A stretch of 64,000 bases of DNA from Adineta vaga (taxonomy: Eukaryota; Animalia; Rotifera), in assembly GCA_021613535.1 (NCBI GenBank), contig CP075497.1, positions 13,454,001-13,518,000 on the forward strand. The letters are read 5' to 3'. Below are positions 13,320 through 24,435 of the stretch, in pieces; the first letter of the stretch is position 1, and the number at the start of each line of letters is the position of its first letter. Made by a program: the position numbers and the translations under genes. Under the pieces are notes generated by a model. It was not told the origin of the DNA, did no database searches, and saw only the letters and a list, made by a program, of their open reading frames with translations.

Positions 13320-14113
13320 GGATATGTCAAGAAATCCGGGAAAGTAAAATCCGGAAAATAGAAAATCCGGAAAAAAAATAATCCGGAAAAGTAATAAAAC
13401 ATGTTTGTGAACATGGAAATCTCATACCCGATATCCGCTCAGCTAGATAGTATGACAACAGAGAGAAAAAAAAAGAAATGACCAGATGAGGAATCGAACC
13501 TCGGTCGTACCACGTACCTGATGGATGCTATACCAAGATGGCACGCCAATGATGATGTTTCCAGGCGGATCATCATGTTCGCCACGGACGAACAACTTCA
13601 ATTTCTCTTCAAATGCACCCATATCTTGATGGATGGAACATTTAGGACGTTACCGAAACACCTTGCCCAAGTCTATTCCATTCACGGGCTTAGGCACGAA
13701 CAGAGTGAGTTTTCTTCTTCGAAATTTGTCCATGAAATTGTTCCAAACAACTCCATTCAGGCTTTCTTTGCGTCATCGTGCTCATGACTGAGCGAAAGGT
13801 CTTTTTGGCCATGCAGAAACACATCGATAATTTCGGTACTCGCTTCTGCAACGGCGACATCGATCGTGCCGAACTTCTCGACGGACTCTCTCTTTTGGTA
13901 GCTTCGAGGAAATAAACTTCTTATCAAATTGTCTCTCACATCTTCATTATTTCTACTTACTATATCTTTTATCACTATTACACTACAAAATAAAATTTTC
14001 CTGGATTTTTCACTCTTCAGATTTTTCTTTATCCGGATTTTTTCTTTTCCGGATTTTTACTTTTCCGGATTTATTTTTCCGGATTATTATTTTCCGGATT
14101 TCTTGACAACACC
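13320..14113 (+). mobile_element. Internally deleted MULE (Mutator-like) element
   Basis: TIRs ggatatgtcaagaaatccgg / ccggatttcttgacaacacc with arrays of aatccggaaa. Transposase fragment IMFATDEQL...ILMDGTF...QVYSIHG, and a C-terminal piece ending LLDGLSLLVASRK*. Confidence 0.85.
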
Positions 14114-14831
14114 ATCTTTGTTTCATATGATGAAAACTGAGTGGACTGTTTGAACAGTTAAGCACGTCTGCTCATCCATTCATAGACACGATAATTCCTG
14201 AAGTATTGGTACAGTTCTGATGAAATTTTCTACGGAGTATTGCGACAATGATACCTCATTTGCGTTTGAAGAAGCGCCCGATCAGATGAACGATTTGTGA
14301 GTTATTGGAAATAGTAATATTTCGGTATGACTTTATTATGTCTTCTGTCCGATATACTTTTTGCAGTACACATAACATTCGGATAAAATCCGAAGTTTCC
14401 GCATTTATTTATATGCTATTTCATTAAAGAGGGATTTTAATTTTATACTTTGTCATTTACTTCCTTAAACGGAACAGTACCCAATATACAATTTTAAAAA
14501 ATGCATCATAACAAAATATATTAAATCCTATGAGAAATGAATGACAAAAATTGTTTCTATTTTCATTCGTCTTTCTTCGAGATTTGTAAATATGAGAATT
14601 TTAAAGAAAAGATTTAATAATAAATATGACTTTTATAGAAAAAAATCAGTTATTTTTTAAAGGAAATGCAAAGTTTCCTGAGATAAGAAACAAAAAAAAA
14701 ATTTTAGTAAATTATCTTTGTCATTCCCTCGAGATTAAAATCAGAGTTAGGAGATGTTTTTTTTTAATGAAGAATATTCTAGAATTACTATTTTATTCAT
14801 GTCTGAATTTTTTTTATCTAGATTTGTAATA

Positions 14832-17800
14832 ATGAAAACAATTATTAAAAATTCGTTTTATGAAATAATTCAAGGAATAATAAATTATAATGTTTTTATA
14901 AAAGAAGAAAATGATTATGATGAAGATGAACAAATTGATCAAACAACTATTATGAAACAACAAAAATATACAACTTGGCTTTATATTTTTCTTCTTTTAA
15001 GTAAGATACATTTTTAATCTCTTTTTCATAAAAAAAAATGTGAGAAAAGTTCACCGATGTTAAAAGAAAATATTTATTATTAATGTTAACATTTTATTTT
15101 AGCATCGATTTATATACTTTTTTATACAAATTTCATTCAAAATCAACAGAAAACAATTATTAAAACAAATATAACATTAGATATTTATAATGAACTCTAT
15201 TCTGAATATTCTGAAACATTATCATGTTCATGTTCAAATATAAATATTCCTTATAATATATTTCTAAATAATACAATTAAATATCATCCTGTTTGTTCAA
15301 GTCTTTTTACTAGAAAAGAATGGATTAATGCATTATATAAAAGTAATGCAAGTCTTTATGGAACAGATGATTTTCGAACAACAGCTTATTCTCAAGTAAG
15401 AATCTTTATGTTAGTTTTTTTTTTAAATTATATAAATAAGTAGTTTGACGGTTAGTACTATCTTAAATAATGGCGAATTTAAGAGAACAGTCGTACAAAC
15501 AGGTTTTTAGCCGAAATCGAAGTTGCCCAACCCAGGTCGACAAAACCGATATTGGATCCGATCGGACTCTATAGGATCCAACGTTCCTACAAAATCCTAT
15601 CGGATTCCTGGTGACGGATCTCTATTGGATTCCGTCAGTAAAATTTCCGTCGGAAGCAGCAAATTTTATGACCGTTCTTTTTAGCTATATTTTATTACGG
15701 TCTTATTGCCACTTGTCGGATCCGAGTATCGGATTGGTCGACCTGGTAAGGGTGAAAGTGCGGACACCTGCGCACAATTGGCGCAATCAGGAGGGGAGGC
15801 GAATAGTCCATTGTTTATTAGATTTTGAGCTTTACTCACTGAAACATTTTTAGTCAATGCTTGTCCATTAAAATTTCTGTATAATACAGTTTTTATTAGA
15901 AGAACTTTATCTCGTTTCACTACGATTGTGTTCATTGAGCTTTTTTTGCATATTGCTAAGGAAAATATTTTTGACCCATCGATAAAAAGCTTGCCCATTA
16001 GGGTCCTGCATCGGGATTTTTTCGAGATTGAATATTTTTGAAAAAGAAATTCGAGCCTAATTCTTGGATGGTTTTAGAGACGTGCAATCAACAGAGGAGT
16101 CGATTCTGTATCGGACCAGTAGTGTCAAACTCGAAAGTTGAATTCAATTATTCAACTATTGTTTCGAGTATTCGAGTAAACCTTTCTCCAAAAGCATTTT
16201 TCCATAAAGGATTTGGCATGGCTGTATCAGATTCACCACTCTGCAGAGCGAACATATTCTAGTACCACCGCTAAAAATCTCATAAAACTCCCATCATATA
16301 ACTTTCCATTGAATACTTCTCGACAACTAAAACTTCTATATTCGAATATCACAACAATTAACTGCTCCGATATTCGTAGATCACCCTCACTGAGATGATA
16401 CCCTACCGACACCCTCCCCTGCACCCTCACTGAGATGATATGAGAGTTTAATACTCGAATACTCGAATTCAAGTTTCGAGTTATACATTTATGTATCGGA
16501 CCATCGTATTTTCGGATCTCACTTAAATTCCTTCGCAGGAGAAATATCGACAGGACTACAAAAACCCGTTGAAACCCGAAAAATCGGGATTTTCTTATCC
16601 CGTTGATGTTACTTCTGCGACGCAATTTGATTGAGATCCGAAAATACAATAGTCCGACACAGAATTGTATGCTCTATTCATCGGACACGTTTAAACCCAT
16701 CTCAGAGTTAGGCTCGATTTTCTATTCTAAAAATACTGAATCCCGAAAAAATCCCGATGCAAGACCCTATTGCCCATTGGTCTAAAAATTCTGGATGCGC
16801 CACTGCTGGCATCCAAGTTCATGATAAGTGTTGACGGCATTTAACCCGCAAGATCGTCGGCTTTCTCGTAGAAAATAATCTTCGTAAACTTTATTTCGAA
16901 ATAGAAAATAATTTTTATATTCTAGTTTGAACTTTTATCTGATCTTTGCTTGTTTGCTGAAAAAACAATAAATGAAAATGAAAATAAATTTTCTTTTGAT
17001 GAATTAATAAATACTTATCTTCTTTCAAAAAATAAATTAGAAATAGAAATAAATCAAACAATTAAATTTCTTCGAAAAAGTACATCAATTCAAATGATTT
17101 CATTTTTAAATTATTTACGAATTATAATTCAAAGAAATTTTTTTATTTCTGCTTTAAATACAAATTATCTTTTTACTGTTACGAACACGTTATCTGATCC
17201 AAAATTTTCAAGTACAACTACACTGTATTCACCTAATATCGATACAACTCCAACACAATCAACATCAATGAGTTGTTCTAATACAAATCCAATAACTACT
17301 GTCGGTTTTAAATTATATTCCAATTGGGCATCATATTATCTTTTTGCTCAATGGGCAAAGCCTAATATAAATGATTTAATTGTTGATGGATTTTATACAG
17401 GATGTACTCCACTTGAAGCTCTTCTCCAAAGTACATTAGATTGTTTATATTCATATCAATGTATTCAATTATTAATAGAAAAGTTTCCAAATATAATTCA
17501 AGTATTTCATTTCTAGAATTTAAATAATTTTATTAAAAATTTTCTTTTAGATGAATATTAATTGGAATAATTCAATATTAATTTCAAATAAAAAAAAGAA
17601 ATCAATTCTTTATTATCTTAATGACTTATTTATTGATCAATGGTTAATTAATATAAATTATTCGAAATATTATCATAAGTGTTCTCCGTCATTTTGTACA
17701 TATAAAGTTTGGAATCAAACTAATTTTTCTTCATCAATTACATTACTTATTAGTCTTTATGGTGGTCTTATTATTATTTTACGATTTATAACACCATTTT

Positions 17801-20800
17801 TAATTAAAATTTCATTTCATTTCAAAGATCGTTTTAAAAACCAAAACAATGAAAATGGTATTTACGTAGTTATAAAATATTTAATCCTTTTTTTGTGTCT
17901 TTTTTAGTTTCATTCCGAAAAAATTTAATTCGATCTATAAAACGATTAAATTTATTTAAAAAAATTGATCAACGAACAGAAATGAATATAAAAAAACAAA
18001 AGATTAGTACATATATTTATTTGATATTATTCATAAGTAAATATTTCTCGAAATCTTTTTTTTTATAAATATTTTCTTTTTTTTTAAATTTTAAGATTTC
18101 TGTTTAATATTTATTCTATTCAATTCATTAAACAAAAATATAATTCTTATAAGAAAAGATGAACCATCATTAATAGATTATAAAAATTTACAAATAAAAT
18201 ATTCATCAACACTCGAATGTCCATGTTCAAATTTAATTATATTATATAAAACATTTTTATCAATATCACCTCAACTACATCAAATATGTACGAGTGATTT
18301 TATTCTTAATGATCAATGGTTTTCAATATTAAAAAATATTCAGATTTTTAATCAATATCAAGATTGGCGTAATACAGCTTTATCACAATTTCAATTATTA
18401 TCGGATTTATGTAAATTATCAAATGAAACAATTACTGATGCTATTAATCGTTTTCTTTTAAAAACATTTGTTGCTTTAAATCCATTATCAGAAGAAAATT
18501 TTTATGAACAAATAAATGTAACATTTAATCAATTTATTCAATCGACCATTAATTATTTTCAGCTATTCATTAAAACAGCAAATATTCTTAAGCAAGTTGA
18601 TCAACCATATTCTGGAGTTATTAGAATTTATGGTGCTAAAGAAGAAAAACATAATCCAATTGGAATATTTACAAATAATAAGAAAAATTTGAAGGTATTT
18701 GTCTCTATGTCCGTATTTTACTGTTTGATTGAATATGAAGTTAGAAATAAAAGAGGTCATGTTGATGAAATTTTCATAAAGTTGAGGACTACGAATCTCG
18801 TCTTCACTTTTGCAATTTGAGTACATGACAAGCTTAGGAGTAGTACTCAAAAAAGATCTAAACGAGTCCCTCTTGTTATTAACTTGAAAATGATATTTAG
18901 GTAGTTTTTCAATTAACTGGTCCTCGTCATGTTGGATTAGAATATTCTTCTTGTATTTGTGCTTTAAATGGTAATTGTCAAGTTCCTATTGGTATTTATG
19001 ATCCTGATAAACAAATAACATCTACACCAAATTATATAAAACGTTATATAGCACAAGGTTTAGTTAGTGGATGCTCAACATTAGATTCATTAATGTTATC
19101 AACATTTGAATGTTATTATAATAATTCAGATTGTTTATCAATTTTAATGAAATATAGTAAAGATACATATATTCAAAATGTTGAATATCCAAAATGGTTT
19201 AATATTCGATCACTTATTTATGATTCAAAAACAAGTCGTTTTTTACCAAATACTACAATATCAAAAATAATCAATGAAATTATGATTGAACAATGGAATC
19301 CTTTATCTTCATATGAACAATTTTATTATTCATGTTCACCTAAATATTGTACTTATTCAGATAAAACTTTTACAAAAACTATTATTGAAGTTATAATTAT
19401 ATTTGTATCAACAATTGGTGGTTTAAATCTCATATTACGAAAAACTATATCTGAATTGATTGAATTTATTTTTTATCTAATTCAAAAATTTAAAAATCGA
19501 CAACAACAACAGCAGCAACAGCAAGGTAAAACGCATTAAAAAAAAGAAAAAAAAATATGATGTTGATTTTTAATGTTTTAGATCGTCCAAAACTATGTAT
19601 TCGATTAAAAATATATTTCAAAAAACTAACTGAATCTGCTTATAATCATTTAATTCAATGGAATATATTCTATTTACGAGATTTTAGTAGTCAAATTGAT
19701 CGAACAAAAGCAAAACAACTTGGTCAATGGTCAACTCGTTTATATTTGATTTTATTTCTAATCTGTCTTACTATTCTTATGTTTTATAATTTTATTCAAC
19801 ATCAAACATTTACAAAAATATTTGATACACTATCTCCAAATTTAACAAAAAAACTTTTTCAAAATTATAAAAATGATTTAAAATGTCCATGTTCATCAAT
19901 TGCATCAACATACAATTGGTCAATGCAAATTGATGTTGAATTTCATCAGGTAATTTATCAATAGCAATGCGAAAGAGAGGAGGATTCTTAAAACTAGAAG
20001 TGGCGCCAGACTGTTTTGATTACGGTTAGCCTTCAGTAGCCCACCGTTGACGCCGCTATCTTTGATGATTTTTTGCTTAATTAAATAATAAATATTTAGA
20101 TTTGTTCAAGTTCATTTGTAAATGAAGAAGGACGAAATAATTTAACATATAATATTATTAAAAATCTTTCATCTTATTCACAAAATGATTATCGTCGATT
20201 TTTTTCATCACATTTACAATTTCTTGAACAATTATGTCAACTTAGCCAAGAAACAGTTGAAATATCTATTCGACAACTTCTTTCTTCAGTATTTTTAACA
20301 CCTGAACTTTTATCTGAAGAGCAATTTTCTCAACGATTAGAAACAATTCTTGAACAAATGAAAATCAATACTCCAAAAACATTTAATCGTCTTCTTTTTT
20401 TAATTCGAAGTATTAATCATGGAAATGCATTTCCATCAAATTATGGAACTAATTATGAATATATTAATCCATGGAATTCTCTTCATAATGTTCGTATGCA
20501 GGCAAAACCAATTATTTATGATAATCAATGCTCATGTGCATTATCATCAAACTGTACAACACAAGCAAATTTTACTGAAGACAATTCTATGGAAATAATT
20601 CCAATTCAAGGTTTAAAAATAGGTTGTTTACCAAGTGAATCATTTCGTTTCTCAACTCTTGAATGTTTTTATGATAAAACATGTTTTAAACTTCTTCAAG
20701 ATTATATTGAATCTAATTCATTAAATATTCTTTTATCATCAAAAAGACAAAGTCGATTTTTATTAAATACAACAATTGAGCAATTAACAAATGAATTATT

Positions 20801-22445
20801 TATTGAAGAATGGATAACATCAAAGGATTATTTCTCTTATTTTAATCAATGTTTACCATTAATATGTTCATATACTTATATTCAAAAATATAATATTATT
20901 GATTCAATTATTATTTTATTTGGTCTTCAAGGTGGTTTAAAAATTGTTTTAAAATGGATTTGTCCAAAATTTATTCAAATTATTTATAAAGTTTATACAT
21001 ATCGAATAAATAAAAGAAATACAATTCAACCTCTTCAAAATGTTGTTCCTACAAATGAAAATTTATCTTCAAATACAAATAATTCTATTCGATGTTCCTT
21101 TAAACTAATTTTTGTATGTTTATTATTAATTATTATAATAATTGCTCTTATTATATATTCTATTAAAATTATTCAAATAAATAAAAAACAACCAATAACA
21201 ACTATATCCTTTTCAGCATCGACAACAATCAATACTATTCTTAATTCAACAACAGATATCGTAACAACAAGTATGAGAACAACAACAATAAGAAAAAGTA
21301 CTTTAAGTAAGTTGATGAATATTATTTTTATTCATTTATTTCTTCATTTAATTTTAGAACCAATTTGTTCATTCAAATTTGAATCAATATCAACTAATCG
21401 AAATAGTTCAAGATTTCTATTAAATTCTCATATTATTGCTGATTTTAATGATGATAATCTACTTGATATTGCATTTACTGGTGTAAATAAATATTCCTTG
21501 AATGTTTTATTAGGAAATGGAGATGGAACATTCAAAGAAGAGATTATATCTGCAGAATCTTTTCTTATAGATATTGAAAAAAAGACAGTTGGACATTTTG
21601 ATAATGATAACAAAGTTGATATTGCTATTTTACATCAACAATTAGGTTATATATTAATTTTATTTGGTAATAATGATGGCACATTTACAATCCGATTTCA
21701 AAAGATATGGATGAAAGATGCTTCTGGTTCAGCTGATATTACTGTAGGCGATTTTAATGAAGATAAATATGATGATATTTGTGTTGCAATCTATCGACAA
21801 AATAAGGTTGCTGTATTTCTTGGAAAAGGTGATGGAGAATTTTCATCACAAATAACTTTATATACAGGATTGAATAGTGTTCCAAATAAAATTTCTATTC
21901 AAGATTTTAATAATGATGATCATCAAGATATTGTTGTTATTAATATGTTAAGACACGAAATTGGAGTGTTTTTAGGCTATGGAAATGGATCATTTCAAGA
22001 TATTCTTACATCGTTGACAGATGATGTTTGTTATCCAGATTCTTTTGCTTTTGGTGATTTTAATAGTGATAATTTTCTTGATATAGCTGTGGCTTGTACA
22101 AATCAAAGACATATTAATATTCTGTTTGGATATGGAAATGGGACTGTAGGTGATAGAAAGAAATTCGAAACTGGAATGTATTTTATACAACATCAGATTT
22201 ATGTTAGTAATTTTAATGATGATCAATATTTAGATATTGGATTTGGTTTAACTAATCGAACAATGAGTATTTTGATTGGTGATGGGAATGGAGATTTTCA
22301 AGTAGAAGAAGCTTTTTCAACTAGATTTGACTATGATACATGGACTTGGATTGGGATTGGAAATTTTAATAATGATGGTTTCAATGATATTATTTATGTT
22401 GATCATTTTTCGATGTCACAGGATGTGTTTTTAAATCAATGTTAA
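14832..22445 (+). CDS. ~1,786-aa membrane protein: three tandem 2-TM Cys-rich modules + 7th TM + S/T stalk + FG-GAP/VCBS repeats. Exons 14832-15000, 15103-15395, 16926-17501, 17551-17857, 17908-18036, 18096-18694, 18901-19525, 19582-19949, 20100-21306, 21358-22445
   Basis: All introns are GT-AG, and the exons sum to 5361 nt in frame. Repeated motifs: CxCS, HxxCxS, DxR, GC...STxxCxY, IxxW, CxPxxCxY, GGL. C-terminal DFNxDxxxDI / LGxGxGxF repeats. The start codon is uncertain. Confidence 0.85.
15531..15747. mobile_element. MITE with CCCAGGTCGA TIRs inside intron 2
   Basis: cccaggtcgacaaaaccgata...tatcggattggtcgacctgg; same family as 12799-12861. Confidence 0.75.
15999..16769. mobile_element. 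hAT-family MITE
   Basis: TIR tagggtcctgcatcgggattttttcg / cgaaaaaatcccgatgcaagacccta, imperfectly extending ~110 bp. Exact 8-bp TSD TTGCCCAT at 15991-15998 and 16770-16777. Confidence 0.9.
16117..16493. mobile_element. hAT-family MITE nested in 15999-16769
   Basis: Imperfect TIR cagtagtgtcaaactcgaaagttgaattc / gaattcaagtttcgagttatacatttatg. Exact 8-bp TSD TATCGGAC at 16109-16116 and 16494-16501. Confidence 0.85.
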
Positions 22446-22880
22446 TAAATAAAGCTTCATTCGACTGAAAACAAAGTCATACGAAAATAAATATCTAAAA
22501 TTTAATAGTATGTTCTGCTCAGTATTGTTTTAGAAGATAAGAAAATGGAACAGTAGGCTTCGTAGTTTTGCAAATAGGACGTTTTTCCATTGCATATCAG
22601 TTTTGATTCTGTGAAGAATCTTTGGGGAAAATAATCAAATTAGTTGAATTCTATGGATTTCTTTTACCATAATCATGAATTATTTCATAATTTCCATATA
22701 TTTCTATCGCATCAGTTGATAAAATAATGATTTAATTATATAGAGAAAATGAAATATAATAACTTTTTGTAAGAAATTCAATATCGTTGTTAAAACATCT
22801 TTTTCTCCTGATTCAATTAAAATTCTTTTAAATACACCAAACAATTAAACACCAATATTGATTTGTTAGAATTAATAGAA

Positions 22881-23220
22881 TTAACAAGTTTGTAGGTAAA
22901 GACTTAAACTATCTGTTATCCATTTTTCCATCATGACTAAAATCAGCAAGAGCAACTGAGAATGGATGTGATCCATATGGCATTGAAAAGAAATAATTTG
23001 ATGAAATATTCCATCGCTATAACCAAGAAGCACTCCAAATTTATTATTATTATTATTATAATTAATAACTATAATATCCAACAGCAACAGAATAAGGAGA
23101 TGAAGATGAACCAATTGAATATGTTATTTAATTTATAAATGAATTATTATCATAAAGCAAGAAAAATGTCGATAGTACCAGAACCAAAATTTGCAGTAAC
23201 AAGATCTAATTGTGCATCTT
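22881..23220 (-). pseudogene. FG-GAP repeat gene 3' relic
   Basis: DAQLDLVTANFGSGTIDIFL, DIIVINY..FGVLLGYSDGIF and PFSVALADF appear in different frames, ending SLYLQTC*. Confidence 0.7.
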
Positions 23221-23221
23221 A

Positions 23222-23300
23222 CAGAGACCGGTGGGACAGAGAATTTAAGATTTACGGCGGGACGGGACGGGATAAAATTTATATTGAATTGTCCCGCAAG
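23222..23300. mobile_element. Truncated MITE end with GGGAC repeats
   Basis: cagagaccggtgggac...cgggacgggacggga...tgtcccgc interrupts the FG-GAP relic. The partner end was not found. Confidence 0.4.
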
Positions 23301-23899
23301 GAATATTTCTTTTATTTTTGTTGTTAAACATACTCTGAAATGACGTATAACATTTCTATAAAATCGTAATATTTTCTCTATATTGGTTACAAATTCAGTC
23401 ATATGAATGTTATTTTCTTATTCCTATGTTTTATATCTTTTTAAAGTGCTTCTTAATGAAGTTAAAGTTTTTCTTATCGTATTTATATCTTTCATTTGAT
23501 TATGCAACGAATTTTTGTACTTCTTCTTTGCTCTTTTTTCAAGCGACAATAATATTATAACGAGAAAGAACGAATCATTATATAACAACAACAACAACAA
23601 CAACAGATAAATGAAGTTTTGTGTCCGAAACATTTTTCTTGATACTAAAAATTGACTAAAGATATATTGTCCAATAGATATTGATGATTAAAGTACAAAT
23701 ATATATTTTAAAATTTTCCTGTACTACCCATGTCATCGCTCTTTTAACGACTGCGTCGCAATTGCGCGCAGAGGCCGCAATTAGAATTACATAAATTGTA
23801 CTATGCTTACTGCGACGCATTTGCGACGCAGTGGCCGCAATATCTGTAGCTCATCTATTGGATGATTTTCGGATAATAACGGTCATTGTCTTCGTGGAG

Positions 23900-23906
23900 T
23901 ATAAAA
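23900..23906 (+). promoter_or_regulatory. Putative TATA box of the CACTA transcript
   Basis: TATAAAA just inside the left TIR and upstream of a splice donor (aag/gtaagt, ~23989). Confidence 0.45.
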
Positions 23907-24061
23907 GGAGATGTAATAAGCATTCATGCTCATTTCTTCAATTTTCAATTACCTGATCACTTAGCATTTTAACTATCAATATCGAAAGGTAAGTAGTACT
24001 CAACATCTACAGGAGTCACCTGTAAGGTGAGTCATCAATACATTTGTAGTCTATATGGGAA

Positions 24062-24219
24062 CCAATCAGATTTGAGATGCTATTTTTCTCGACCAATATG
24101 ATTTTAGATACTTTTTTCTTAACCAACGAGATTTGTGACGCTTTTCTCTCGAACAATCCGATTCAGGGAGCTATTTTACTTGACCAATAGAGTTTGAGAT
24201 GCTCTTTCGTTTAACCATA
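24062..24219 (+). repeat. Five ~30.5-bp degenerate tandem units headed by CCAAT
   Basis: Unit heads at 24062 ccaat, 24093 ccaat, 24123 ccaac, 24153 acaat, 24184 ccaat, 24215 ccata. Confidence 0.75.
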
Positions 24220-24435
24220 TGCTCAATTTCGAAGATGTTATGTTTACATAAGCTATTATTATAACATTTCTATTTGTTATCGTGTTCTTCGAGCCTTATA
24301 TTTGAGAGTAGAATACAGTATATTTTTTAAATAGTAAGTGGAAAGTGAGCATTCGCGAAAATTACATTTATTTTGTTAAAATTATATTATATATTGAATA
24401 CATATTATTGTTTGATTTTTCTGTTTTTTAGGCCA

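Larger units (their letters stand above)
11942..14410 (+). mobile_element. Outer non-autonomous Helentron (HINE/DINE-1-like) hosting nested insertions
   Basis: 5' T-run, subTIR tgtgtactcaaaaa (11946-11959) with hairpin gtgtactca/tgagtacac, and a GTCC-type motif. 3' subTIR tttttgcagtacaca (14358-14372) is followed by stem-loop ttcggat-aaa-atccgaa (14378-14394). Internal ~140-bp degenerate tandem repeats. Confidence 0.7.
15776..16805. mobile_element. Probable old hAT-type MITE hosting two younger MITEs
   Basis: Degenerate TIR aattggcgcaatcagga / ttctggatgcgccactg. The TSD is only partly conserved. Confidence 0.45.

Noticed and set aside
15611-16785. Cluster of short ORFs in intron 2
   Set aside because: All lie within non-coding MITEs and show no recognisable protein motifs.
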